The notes under the pieces: model-generated
The model's input: only the letters and a program-made list of their open reading frames with translations
Databases searched by the model: none
What the model was told of the DNA's origin: nothing
Assembly (NCBI GenBank): GCA_944384995.1
Contig: CALWVN010000007.1
Span: forward strand, 4,348 to 68,347
Direction: 5' to 3'
Source: an uncultured Clostridia bacterium
Lineage (GTDB): Bacteria; Bacillota; Clostridia; Oscillospirales; Acutalibacteraceae
DNA length: 64,000 bases
Shown here: positions 18,338-27,552 of the stretch, piece after piece
Position numbering within the stretch: position 1 is the first letter of the stretch
Layout of the letters: every line of letters starts with the position of its first letter
Program-made: the position numbers and the translations under genes

Positions 18338-18838
18338 TCAAGCGCCCTCCTTTGCCGCGGCGGCAAGCTCCGCTAAAATTTTCTTCGTCTTGTCGGGCGT
18401 GAGCGTACCGTAAGTCTCGTCGTTGATCATCATCACGGGCGACAGGCTGCAACACCCTAAGCACGCGACGTTTTTAAGCGTAAACAGCCCGTCGGCGGTG
18501 GTCTCGCCGTCCTTTATGCCGAGCGTTTCCGTGATCGTTTTTTCGATTCCGTCCGACCCGTTGACATGGCACGCCGTCCCCTTGCAGAGCATGATCAGGT
18601 ATTTCCCGACCGGCTGCAGGCGGAACTGCGTATAAAATGTAGCGACGCCCATGATCTTGGCGGGCTTTACACCCGTGCGCTCCGAGATATACCGAATCAC
18701 ATCCTGCGGCAGATAGCCGTAGATCTCCTGCGCGTGCTGCAAAATTGTGATAAGGCTCCCGGGGACATCGGCGTATGTATCCAAAACGCCGTCCAAAAGC
18801 GAGAGATCGCTTTTTTGGGCCTGACAAGCACAATCCAT
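18338..18838 (-). CDS. NuoE/HydC-like 2Fe-2S subunit
   Basis: ILQHAQEIYGYLP...CKGTACHVNG...ACLGCCSLSPVMMI is the thioredoxin-like 2Fe-2S motif. ATG 18838 (MDCACQ...) lies 8 nt after GGAGG. The longer ORF up to 18907 has no RBS. Confidence 0.8.
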   Translation of the reverse strand: MDCACQAQKSDLSLLDGVLDTYADVPGSLITILQHAQEIYGYLPQDVIRYISERTGVKPAKIMGVATFYTQFRLQPVGKYLIMLCKGTACHVNGSDGIEKTITETLGIKDGETTADGLFTLKNVACLGCCSLSPVMMINDETYGTLTPDKTKKILAELAAAAKEGA

Positions 18839-19073
18839 TCTCGTTTCCTCCAACATTTCCGAATCGGCTTTCGCGCATGAAAGCCATGCCTTATAATCAT
18901 AATACATATATGCGAAAAATGCAATTTGAAAATCCTGTGAAAGCTACAGAAAATTACATCCCGGCAGACAAAAATTCGGTATTTTTCGCCCTGTTTTGCG
19001 GCGGCGGATCTGTGGTAGAATAGTTGTGCAGGCACAGACGGGATCTGCAGCCGTTCAAGGGAGATGAAAAGTC

Positions 19074-19748
19074 ATGCCGTATCTTACGGAACTGCACGCG
19101 CACACCGCCGAAACCAGCCGCTGCGGCGAGGACAGCGCGGCACAGCTGGTGCAAAATTATGTGAAGCAAGGTTACAGCACCCTTGTGGTGACAGACCACT
19201 TCAGCCACAGGACATTTGACCCCTTTTCGGGAGCAACGCACCGGGAAAAAGTAGATATATTCCTCAGCGGCTACCGTGCGGCAAAACAGGCGGCAAAGGG
19301 CACGGGCCTGCACGTGCTTTTGGGGATGGAGCTGCGCTTTACCGCGCCCGGCAACATCAATGACTATCTGGTTTACGGTGTGACGGAGGATTTTTTATAC
19401 CGTTCCGAGGGGCTTTTGAATATGCGGCTGAAATCCTTTATGCCGCTTGCGCACGAGAACGGAATGCTCGTCTACCAGGCACACCCGTTTCGCGACGGGA
19501 TCCGCGTTGTCGACCCCGCACTGCCCGACGGGTTTGAGGTCTACAACGCCTGTGTGCGCCATGATTCGCGCAATACCATAGCAAAAATCTGGGCAGAGGA
19601 ACACAAAAAGCCCGGCATTTCGGGCTCGGATTACCATAAAACGGAGGACACCGCACGCGGCGGGATAGAGACGGATGCGGAAATTCGAACGAACGACGAG
19701 CTGCTCGCGCTGCTGCGGACAGGGAAATACCGGCTGATTCGAAAATAA
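19074..19748 (+). CDS. PHP-domain metal-dependent phosphoesterase
   Basis: LTELHAHTAETSRCG...LVVTDHFS...YQAHPFRD...GSDYH is the His/Asp ligand pattern of PHP domains. Confidence 0.75.
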   Translation: MPYLTELHAHTAETSRCGEDSAAQLVQNYVKQGYSTLVVTDHFSHRTFDPFSGATHREKVDIFLSGYRAAKQAAKGTGLHVLLGMELRFTAPGNINDYLVYGVTEDFLYRSEGLLNMRLKSFMPLAHENGMLVYQAHPFRDGIRVVDPALPDGFEVYNACVRHDSRNTIAKIWAEEHKKPGISGSDYHKTEDTARGGIETDAEIRTNDELLALLRTGKYRLIRK

Positions 19749-19750
19749 AG

Positions 19751-19788
19751 GCAAAAAAGAAGTGCCCGGGGCGAAATGTCCCGGGCAT
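19751..19788 (-). terminator. Terminator of the glycan/sulfatase operon (weakly bidirectional)
   Basis: Stem TGCCCGGG / CCCGGGCA. On the minus strand it is followed by CTTCTTTTTTGCC. Confidence 0.65.
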
Positions 19789-19801
19789 TGCTGCTATTGG
19801 T

Positions 19802-22192
19802 TTATTCCATATCGCACAGCGCTTCAAGAAGCTGGGCGCGCAGTGCGCGGTTTTTCACACGTTTTGCCGCCGCAACGGCCTCCTCTAAGGTTGCTTTGTT
19901 TTTAAGCCCCTGATAGGTCGCGGACTTTTTCATGTTGTTGGCGTTGAAATGCGTCAGGATATTGCGGATACGTTCTTTATACGGCGGGTTTTCACGTGCG
20001 TGGGCGCCCTCAAGTGTGACCTTGACCGATGTGCCGATAGATAGCGGCGGCAGCGTGACGGTAAGGCCTAAGTCGGGATCGGCTTGGGGCTGCGCTTCTA
20101 TGGGGGTTCCGTTCGCCGTGATCTGCATGCCGGCGGCGTCCGCAACGTCGGCAAAACGCAGCGTCCAGATGCGGTTTTGGGGCATATACGGCTTCTCTTC
20201 ACCGCCCGAAATGCAAAGCGTCAGGGTGCTTTCCGCTTCTTTAAGCGTGATCTCGGTCTTGCTGAAGTCCCCCTGCCGGAAGGCGCGTGTTTCGCCGTCG
20301 TCCTCATACAAAGTAAAGGTGTTGTTCCCGCGGTACAGGCGCAGCTCCATATGTTCGGGATTGCGGACGCTGTTCCCTGCGTCGCGTGACAGCGGGATGA
20401 TCGCACCCGCCTTGGCAAACACGGGGATGGAGTCCATGTCGCTGTGCACGCAGACTGTCCTGCCGCCTTTATAGACCGCGCCCGTGAAGAAATGCGTCCA
20501 GCGTCCTTTCGGCAGATACACCTCGGTCGCAGCAACCTTTGTGCGGGCATTGCGCCTGGAGGTCACGGGGCAGACGAGCATTTCCGAACCGAACAGATAC
20601 CCGTTTTTGCAGCGATACGCCTCCGGTTCCTTCGGGCAGGTGTAGTAAAGCGGCTCGCACAGTGCGCGCCCTTCGGCGTGCGTGCGGTAGTTCATCGCAT
20701 AGATATACGGAATCAGCGCATGGCGCAGGCGAAGTGCCTTGGTCGCAAGCGTATCGGCCGCCCACGAGAAATTCCACGGCTCCTTGCCGAACAGGTCGTT
20801 GGAGGTCGAGTGCAGGCGCAGAATGGGCGCAAACACGCCGAACTGCACCCAGCGCACATACAGCTCGTCGCTGTGTTCGCCGAAGTGGTGCCCGCCGATG
20901 TCGTGGCTCCACCAAGTGTAGCCGCAGTTCGTCGCCGTCGCCGTAAAGTACGGCTGGAAGCGCAGGACGCGCCAATTCATCGCCGTGTCCCCCGAAAAGC
21001 CGAGTGGATAGCGGTGCGAACCGATCCCGGCATAGCGCGACAGGATCATCGGGCGGTGCGCATCTCTGCCGTTATCCAAATAATGATAGTGATTCAAAGA
21101 CCACAGCGGGTCGAGCCCCGCAAGCTTGCTTTTCGTGCCCTGCTGCCAGTCGATCCACCAGAAATCCACGCCGTCGGCTTCGTACGGATGGTGCCCGATG
21201 TCAAGGTAGTTATTGATGAATTTCGGGTCGGCAATGTCGAATTCCACAGGTTCGCGCTTTTCGGCGTCCACGCCCATGGCCTTTGCCATTTCGGGGTAGC
21301 AGTCCTCAAACCAGCGGAAGCCGTCCGCCGGGTGGAGATTGAGCGTGACTTTCAGGTTCTGTTCGTGTAAAAACCGCAAAAAGCCCTGGGGGTCGGGGAA
21401 CAGCTCGGTGTTCCAGCTGTAGCCCGTCCAGCCCGAGGTGCTGCCCCAGGTCTTTTTGAATTTTTCGTGGAACCGTGCTTCCAGATCCACCCAGTGCCAA
21501 TCCATATCCACCGTGGCAACGGTCAGCGGAATGTCCTTGCGGGCGAATTCGAGCATCAGATTTTCGTATTCCGCCTGGCTGTAAGGATAGTAGCGGCTCC
21601 ACCAATTTCCCAGCGCAAAGCGCGGCACCAGCGGAACACTGCCCGTAATGGCAAACAGTGCGCGCACCGCGCCGATATAGTCGTCGCCGAACGCGAACAC
21701 ATATACGTCCTGTTCATTTGCGGGGCGCTGTGTGACCATGCCGTCCTTGTCAAGCAGCAGAGACTTGCTGTCATCGAGCAGCGCAACGCCGTCGGAAGAC
21801 AAAACACCATCCTTTAACGGGATCGGCCCGAAGGTCGCGTCGAGCGTGCGCGCAGTACCTTTGAGGTTATGGCGGCGACAGGGGCGGATCCGTTTGCCGC
21901 CCACGACCGCGTATAACAGCTTTCCGGAAGCGGTATTGACCGCAAACAACGCTTTTGCCGTTTGCACCGTCAGCACCGCGCCGTGCTGTTCGCTCTGGAA
22001 TTCCACTGCGCCGTGATCGCGATACCAGACAGACTGCGTTGCCGCGTCCGTGAAACTCTCTTGCGTACCGTGCTCAATGCGGATGACGCGCTCGAGCAGG
22101 ACGCTTATGCGTGTATTCCCCGCAAGGATTACGTTTTGCGCGCACGGTGCGGGCGCCGGTGCGGCTTGTAAATATTGATGCAGCTTTTCCAT
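19802..22192 (-). CDS. Glycoside hydrolase family 31 protein
   Basis: 796 aa from MEKLHQYL. The GH31-type catalytic region is TVDMDWHWVD...DGVDFWWIDWQQG...LSRYAGIGSHRYPLGFSGD...WWSHDIGGH. The longer ORF up to 22315 would overlap the sulfatase gene. Confidence 0.8.
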   Translation of the reverse strand: MEKLHQYLQAAPAPAPCAQNVILAGNTRISVLLERVIRIEHGTQESFTDAATQSVWYRDHGAVEFQSEQHGAVLTVQTAKALFAVNTASGKLLYAVVGGKRIRPCRRHNLKGTARTLDATFGPIPLKDGVLSSDGVALLDDSKSLLLDKDGMVTQRPANEQDVYVFAFGDDYIGAVRALFAITGSVPLVPRFALGNWWSRYYPYSQAEYENLMLEFARKDIPLTVATVDMDWHWVDLEARFHEKFKKTWGSTSGWTGYSWNTELFPDPQGFLRFLHEQNLKVTLNLHPADGFRWFEDCYPEMAKAMGVDAEKREPVEFDIADPKFINNYLDIGHHPYEADGVDFWWIDWQQGTKSKLAGLDPLWSLNHYHYLDNGRDAHRPMILSRYAGIGSHRYPLGFSGDTAMNWRVLRFQPYFTATATNCGYTWWSHDIGGHHFGEHSDELYVRWVQFGVFAPILRLHSTSNDLFGKEPWNFSWAADTLATKALRLRHALIPYIYAMNYRTHAEGRALCEPLYYTCPKEPEAYRCKNGYLFGSEMLVCPVTSRRNARTKVAATEVYLPKGRWTHFFTGAVYKGGRTVCVHSDMDSIPVFAKAGAIIPLSRDAGNSVRNPEHMELRLYRGNNTFTLYEDDGETRAFRQGDFSKTEITLKEAESTLTLCISGGEEKPYMPQNRIWTLRFADVADAAGMQITANGTPIEAQPQADPDLGLTVTLPPLSIGTSVKVTLEGAHARENPPYKERIRNILTHFNANNMKKSATYQGLKNKATLEEAVAAAKRVKNRALRAQLLEALCDME

Positions 22193-22208
22193 ATGTATTC
22201 CTCTTTTC

Positions 22209-23705
22209 TTAACCCTCACGCCTGCGTTCCGCCGACTGCATGGGAAGCCCCGTGCTGTAATCCAGCTGTACGAAATCATCCTCGGCCTTTTGGCGAATAA
22301 AGCCCGTATCGTCAAAGCTCGCCGTTTTGTCCTTACGCCAAGGACGGCAAGCCCAGTAATACCCGCGGTAGAGATCGCGCGTGTGATTCATGTGATCGAG
22401 CAGACGATCGTGCAGTGCGTTGCGGATCGCGGCGTGCTGCGTGCTGTGGATCAGGTTGGTCATTTCAAAAGGATCGGTCTCCAGGTCGTAAAGCTCGTCT
22501 GTGGTCATCAGATTGATCACCAGCTTATACCGCCCGTCAAAAATACAGCGAATCGGCTGAAAGCCCATAAAGCTGTCGTGATCCACCTCATAGCGCGTGT
22601 ACTCGATATGCACATCGCGCCTCGGCGTTTGCAAATCGACGGTTTGCAGAGCCTCTCCCGTAAGCGCTTTCGGCTTTTGCACCCCAAAGTACCGCAAAAC
22701 CGTGGGCACCATGTCGATGTGCGACACGGGCGTTTGGCTGACGCCCTTCGGAAAATCTCCGCCGGAAATCAGCAGCGGGATGTTGGTAATTTCGTTGTAC
22801 ATCACGCAGCCCTTGCCCAAAAGCCCGTGAGAAAAGAACATGTCGCCGTGGTCGGCCGTGTAGATAATCATGGGCTGTATGCCGAGCGCATCGATCTTAT
22901 CGAGCACGCGGCCAAGCTCGTAATCACAAAATGAATTGCAGGCAAACATGGCGCGCTCGATATGCCGGAACCAGAAAAACGGCATATTTCCGTATTTTTC
23001 ACGCCAGATCTGCTGGTGCACCGGCTTATATTTCAGACTTGCGCGTACATTCGGATTGCGTTTCAGACGGAAGCGGTACCGCCGAAGCGCACGGAAGAAG
23101 CGCCGCGGGCAAACGCTTGGATCGTGCGGCTCATCCAAAGAGACCGTCAGGAAGAAATCGCGGTCGCGGTGCTCTTCCAAAAAGCGGATCGCCCGATCGC
23201 AGCAGCGGTGCGCAAAAGTATCCTCCTCTTTCGGGTCATCCCGGCGGCCGTTCATATTTTGACGGCTCTTCCGGCGCGCGCGGTCATCCGGCAATTCGTC
23301 AAGGAAGTTGCGCATATCGTACCAATACCGTTTGTCAAACCCGTCGGGGCATTTGCCGTAGCCGAAATAGTCGCCGCCGTCCAAATGCCATTTTCCGATG
23401 TAGCCGCACGCGATCCCGTTTTGGGAAAGCATCTGCCCGATATGCGGAATACCGCTGCGCAGCGGCATGCTGTTTGCCTCCATTCCGTTGGTATGCGGAT
23501 AAAGCCCCGTAAACAGCGCCGAACGTGCGGGACCGCAAACCGGCTGGCAGGTAAAGGCATTTTCAAAACGCAGGCTGTTTTCAGCAAGCGCATTTAGATG
23601 CGGCGTGGGTGGGGCTGCTTTGTCATAGCAGCCGACCATATCCTTGCGCTGGGTATCCACCATCATCAAAACGACCTGTTTCAACGCCGGGTCCTCCTTA
23701 TGCAT
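22209..23705 (-). CDS. Cys-type sulfatase (formylglycine-dependent family)
   Basis: N-terminus VVLMMVDTQRKD, the signature C-G-P-A-R-S in FTCQPVCGPARSALFTG, and ADHGD later. Its start overlaps the upstream stop. Confidence 0.85.
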   Translation of the reverse strand: MHKEDPALKQVVLMMVDTQRKDMVGCYDKAAPPTPHLNALAENSLRFENAFTCQPVCGPARSALFTGLYPHTNGMEANSMPLRSGIPHIGQMLSQNGIACGYIGKWHLDGGDYFGYGKCPDGFDKRYWYDMRNFLDELPDDRARRKSRQNMNGRRDDPKEEDTFAHRCCDRAIRFLEEHRDRDFFLTVSLDEPHDPSVCPRRFFRALRRYRFRLKRNPNVRASLKYKPVHQQIWREKYGNMPFFWFRHIERAMFACNSFCDYELGRVLDKIDALGIQPMIIYTADHGDMFFSHGLLGKGCVMYNEITNIPLLISGGDFPKGVSQTPVSHIDMVPTVLRYFGVQKPKALTGEALQTVDLQTPRRDVHIEYTRYEVDHDSFMGFQPIRCIFDGRYKLVINLMTTDELYDLETDPFEMTNLIHSTQHAAIRNALHDRLLDHMNHTRDLYRGYYWACRPWRKDKTASFDDTGFIRQKAEDDFVQLDYSTGLPMQSAERRREG

Positions 23706-26416
23706 CAGCGCAGCGCATCAAACGGCCGGGCATGGTCAAAAAAGGCATATTCCTTGACCGACTCATGCACCTGCAGCTCAGCTTTCGGCAAAGCATCCGC
23801 CTTGTGCTGCGGGTCATAGGCGCCGCCGGAAAGCGCGCCGTCTACGTAGACCTTCAAAACGCCGTTCGGCTCACGCACCACGTCCAAGCGTGCGAAACGC
23901 CGTTCGTGCACTGCGTCATGCGCTTTTGCCTTTACACCCATGCACTCAGCGACGGGGCAGCCGTTGGAAACCGTCACCGTGAAGCCCTGCCCGAGCGTGA
24001 GCAGCACACCGTCGCGCGGGGCGTTTTCCAGCCGCATATGCAGCGTGAAATCCCCTTCACCGGAGAACACACCCGGCAGCTTGCCGTCCGGGTACCATGT
24101 TACGGCACAATCCGCCTGCGCTTGATTGCCCCAAACGTCGCTGACGCTGTAAGATACGGTCAGCGCTTCGCCTTCCGCCGCCGGAGTACGAAGCTGCACC
24201 TCCGCTTCGCTATAATCGGACAACAGACGCGCTTCACAGACTTCTCCGTTCACGGCAATGCTTTGGGCATACAGCACGATGCGCTTGTCGAAGGTCAAGC
24301 GCACGGTATTTTGATCTGTCATGCGCGCACGCCGGAGGACGGGCGCCGTCGTTTCCGGCTTGCCGAAGCAAAGCAAACGCACCGCGTGCGGCTGCAGTTC
24401 CACCTGCAGCGTGTCACCGTACTGCCAAAGCTTATGCATGGGCTCGGGGCTGTACGGCAGCCAAACGACACAGGCCATATCGCCTGCTCCCTCGCCCACA
24501 CCGATTTGACGATCCAGCGTAACGGAAAAGCTCTGCACACGATCCAAAGGATTGCGCAGCGTTACGATGCCCTCTTCACCGTCCCATGCGCTGTACCCAT
24601 ACACAGAACCCGTTTCGGGGCTCTCACCGATAAGCTGCGCGTGCCGCAGAATATGAAATTTATCTCGCAGGAAGCGCAAAACATCAGCATTGATCTGCCA
24701 CTTTTCGGGGGAGAAAAGATTGTAGCTGTAGTAAAGCTCCCAAAACGCCGTACCGCGGGAAGCGAGCATATACAGGTATTTGCGGAATTCCTCGTCGGTC
24801 ATCTGCACCTTCGCGGTGTTGCCGTAAATGGGGTCATGGTTATACATATGCGCCGCAGGGAATTGGTAAGCGCGCGTTTTGTGGAAATCAAAATATTTTG
24901 CGTCGCGGTAGGACAGCATGCGGTCGTAATCCGCACCGCCCATCGGTTCACCGCTGTCGGTCTTATCTAAAAAGCCGACGTCATCGCTGTTCTGCATCCA
25001 AAGGCTTTCGCAGAATTGCAGATACCACGGGCTTGCGTTGCAGTAGCTCGTCTGGTTGAGCCACAGCGCCTTGCCCTTTTCTGCACGTGCGGCACGCATG
25101 GTTTGGAATATGGAGATCCAATTTTCCCAATGGTCGGTAAACGCATACATCCCCTCGTATCCGCCCGTGGGATGTCCATGGTGCTTGGAACGGCAGGGCT
25201 TCAGCATAAAGCCGTCAAGCTTCCAGTAGTTGATGTCAAAGCGCTCCATATAATCCAAAAACAGCGCCGTAATATTTTTGTGGTAACGGTGGTCGGCGGT
25301 GCACACATCGCGGCTGCGGCGGTTGTAGCCACCCTTGCCCGCGCGCTGCATACGCTTGCCGAAGCCCGGCGTTTTACTGTTGTAACCGCCGCGCGGCCCC
25401 AGCCAAAGCCCGAAATGCGAGCCGAAGCTTTCGGCCAATGCGGCACCCTCGTACAGCTCGTTCGGGAATTTTTCGTTAAAGCCCCAAAAATCCTTGTCGT
25501 AGTCCACCCAGCCGTCGTCCACAACATAGGAATCCACAGGCGGCACGCCGTTTTGTGTCAGCCCCTTTTCGATCTCCATAAAGGAATGCCGAATATTGTC
25601 GCGGTCGATGTCCAGCATATGGTCGAACCACGAATTGTACTGCACGCGCAGATCCACGGGGCGCGCAATGTCATCGATATACGAGAGAAAATCCGCACGT
25701 ACGACCTCAGGCTGCGTGCTGCGCGCCGCGCCGAACACGGTTTTCCACGTGGTATATTCGGTCTTGCCGCCGGCAAGGTCATAAAAGGACTTCCCGCTGT
25801 AATAACGCACATGTGCGTAGCCATCCTCAATATTGTTGTCTGAGGCCGGGAACTCGCTGCCCGTGAACAGACCGTTCAAATAGATCGGCTGCCCGAGCGC
25901 CGCATGATACGGCTGCAAAAACGCCTTCTTCATATTCGGGCGGCTCCACTTTTGCTCCATTTCACGCGGCAGAGAAATGAGCTCCGTATCAATGGTATCC
26001 ACGCGCACGTCGTCGTCCGTCGAGGAAAAGCGCAGCGTCTTATACATATAAGGTTTATCGCCCGTGATCTCATACGTCAAGGTGACCACATAGCCGACGC
26101 CCAGTGCGTGCAGCGGTGCAAAGCGGACTTCCAAACGCTTGGTATCGCCCTCTTCGTTTGTCAAAATATCCGCTACACGCAGTGCCGAGCACTTGAGCGC
26201 GGCGATCTTCTTTTTTGCGGTGTACACGCGCAGGACAAATTCCTCCGAGCAGGGCTGAAACTCCAGATCCAATCCGCCCTCGATCCGGCGGTTGCGGATA
26301 TATTCGGTGCGGAACGCCTGTTTATCAGACACCGAAAAGACACGCACAATATGTCTGTTGCCGATGGCAAACAGCCCATTTTCCACTGTAATGAACGGTT
26401 TGTTCGGGAATTCCAT
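23705..26416 (-). CDS. Clan GH-D-like (GH36/GH27-type TIM barrel) glycosidase with a C-terminal lectin/LamG-like domain
   Basis: 903 aa. SYVVDDGW, INYWKLDGF and MQNSDD fit the alpha-galactosidase-type barrel. The C-terminal ~170 aa (LDVVREPNGVLKVYVDGAL) look like a concanavalin-like domain. Confidence 0.55.
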   Translation of the reverse strand: MEFPNKPFITVENGLFAIGNRHIVRVFSVSDKQAFRTEYIRNRRIEGGLDLEFQPCSEEFVLRVYTAKKKIAALKCSALRVADILTNEEGDTKRLEVRFAPLHALGVGYVVTLTYEITGDKPYMYKTLRFSSTDDDVRVDTIDTELISLPREMEQKWSRPNMKKAFLQPYHAALGQPIYLNGLFTGSEFPASDNNIEDGYAHVRYYSGKSFYDLAGGKTEYTTWKTVFGAARSTQPEVVRADFLSYIDDIARPVDLRVQYNSWFDHMLDIDRDNIRHSFMEIEKGLTQNGVPPVDSYVVDDGWVDYDKDFWGFNEKFPNELYEGAALAESFGSHFGLWLGPRGGYNSKTPGFGKRMQRAGKGGYNRRSRDVCTADHRYHKNITALFLDYMERFDINYWKLDGFMLKPCRSKHHGHPTGGYEGMYAFTDHWENWISIFQTMRAARAEKGKALWLNQTSYCNASPWYLQFCESLWMQNSDDVGFLDKTDSGEPMGGADYDRMLSYRDAKYFDFHKTRAYQFPAAHMYNHDPIYGNTAKVQMTDEEFRKYLYMLASRGTAFWELYYSYNLFSPEKWQINADVLRFLRDKFHILRHAQLIGESPETGSVYGYSAWDGEEGIVTLRNPLDRVQSFSVTLDRQIGVGEGAGDMACVVWLPYSPEPMHKLWQYGDTLQVELQPHAVRLLCFGKPETTAPVLRRARMTDQNTVRLTFDKRIVLYAQSIAVNGEVCEARLLSDYSEAEVQLRTPAAEGEALTVSYSVSDVWGNQAQADCAVTWYPDGKLPGVFSGEGDFTLHMRLENAPRDGVLLTLGQGFTVTVSNGCPVAECMGVKAKAHDAVHERRFARLDVVREPNGVLKVYVDGALSGGAYDPQHKADALPKAELQVHESVKEYAFFDHARPFDALR

Positions 26417-26877
26417 TATGTATCCTCCTGAGAAAACAAGATCTTTTCCGCCGCGCGTGCCGCGCTTTCAATGATATGCAGACACGGGCGGTTTTGGTAA
26501 TAGCTTTCCGTACGTGCTTCGGGGGCGCTTTCAAGCGGCGAATCAAGCGGAAGCCCTAAAAGCTCGCGGCAGATGATGGACGGGTTGGTCTTTCTGAACT
26601 CGGCAGCGATCTCCTGCACTTTTTGATACGTATAAGCCTTTGCTTCGCTGTCTGATCCTTCGGTCGCACCGTAAAGCATCCCCGCGAGCATTGCCGCGCC
26701 GCAAAGCGCGCCGCAGACCTCACGCATTCTGCCTACACCGCCGCCCAAGCCCGCCGACACGCGCAGGGCGGTCTCTTCCGCCATACCGACCTTATCACAA
26801 AACGCGGCAAACACAGATTGCGCACAATTAAAGCCGGATTTGAAAAGCTCGACTGAACGGTCGGTATATTTTGACAT
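26416..26877 (-). CDS. C_GCAxxG_C_C family protein
   Basis: GFNCAQSV...CGALCGAAMLAG...C...C pattern. Its TAATG junction overlaps the downstream glycosidase start. Confidence 0.8.
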   Translation of the reverse strand: MSKYTDRSVELFKSGFNCAQSVFAAFCDKVGMAEETALRVSAGLGGGVGRMREVCGALCGAAMLAGMLYGATEGSDSEAKAYTYQKVQEIAAEFRKTNPSIICRELLGLPLDSPLESAPEARTESYYQNRPCLHIIESAARAAEKILFSQEDT

Positions 26878-26886
26878 AGGCCCTCC

Positions 26887-27414
26887 TTAGAATTCAAGCC
26901 CTTCAACAGCGGCAACGCCGCGGTCAAACGGATGACGACGATTTTGGATCTCTGAAATCAGGTCCGCCGCAGCAAGGACGGAGGCGGGAAAATCCCGTCC
27001 CGTCAGAGCAACATGCACAGATTCGGGCAGCGCCTGCAAAAGCGTCAAAAGCACATCTTCTGCGAACATACCGTTTTGAAGCGTGCCGCCCATTTCGTCG
27101 GCAACAAGCAGAAAATCCCCTGTCTGCGGGGTGAAAAACCGAGGTATGGTCCGCGCCGTGCGGACAGTGTAATCCGCTTTTCCGGCTTCGTCGAGTTGAA
27201 AGAAAAACGGCATATTCGGGTGTGCAAGCAGCACCGGCACGCCGAACTTATCTTGCAGTGACGCGAACTCCGGCGAAATCACGGGCTTTAACAATTGAAG
27301 CACGCGCACCTGCTTGCCGTGGGATGCCGCGCGCAGCGCAAGCCCCGCTGCGGCAGTCGTTTTGCCGGCGCCGCCGCCCATATACAAGCGAAGCATGCCC
27401 GCGCCCCCCGACAT
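26887..27414 (-). CDS. Cob(I)yrinic acid a,c-diamide / corrinoid adenosyltransferase (BtuR/CobO-like P-loop protein)
   Basis: LYMGGGAGKTTAAAGLALRAASHGKQVRVLQLLK...DFLLVADE resembles BtuR/CobA. The start may instead be the internal ATG at 27396. Confidence 0.65.
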   Translation of the reverse strand: MSGGAGMLRLYMGGGAGKTTAAAGLALRAASHGKQVRVLQLLKPVISPEFASLQDKFGVPVLLAHPNMPFFFQLDEAGKADYTVRTARTIPRFFTPQTGDFLLVADEMGGTLQNGMFAEDVLLTLLQALPESVHVALTGRDFPASVLAAADLISEIQNRRHPFDRGVAAVEGLEF

Positions 27415-27437
27415 TTCAAGAATCTTTCAGAGTTTTT

Positions 27438-27466
27438 ATTTTACTATATCCCACGAAAAAAGGCAA
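27438..27466 (-). promoter_or_regulatory. Promoter of the 27414-19802 operon
   Basis: On the minus strand: TTGCCT (27466-27461), a 17-nt spacer, then TAAAAT (27443-27438). Confidence 0.5.
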
Positions 27467-27503
27467 CTGTTTCCGTGAAAGTTTTGACAAAATCCACAAG
27501 CAT

Positions 27504-27537
27504 ACAAAAAAATCCCCACCGCATTTGCGGTAGGGAT
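27504..27537 (-). terminator. Terminator of the zinc-ribbon/TM2 gene
   Basis: On the minus strand: ATCCCTACCGC-AAAT-GCGGTGGGGAT followed by TTTTTTTG. Confidence 0.75.
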
Positions 27538-27552
27538 GAAAACTGTGCGGCA

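Noticed and set aside
22192-22315. N-terminal extensions of several ORFs in the track (GH31 to 22315, nusG to 31369, pyrE to 8228, iolG to 59587, CNNM to 35070, adhesin to 55265, rpmG to 32091)
   Set aside because: The extensions overlap upstream genes or terminators, translate to low-complexity sequence and lack an RBS. Internal starts with a good SD reproduce canonical N-termini.
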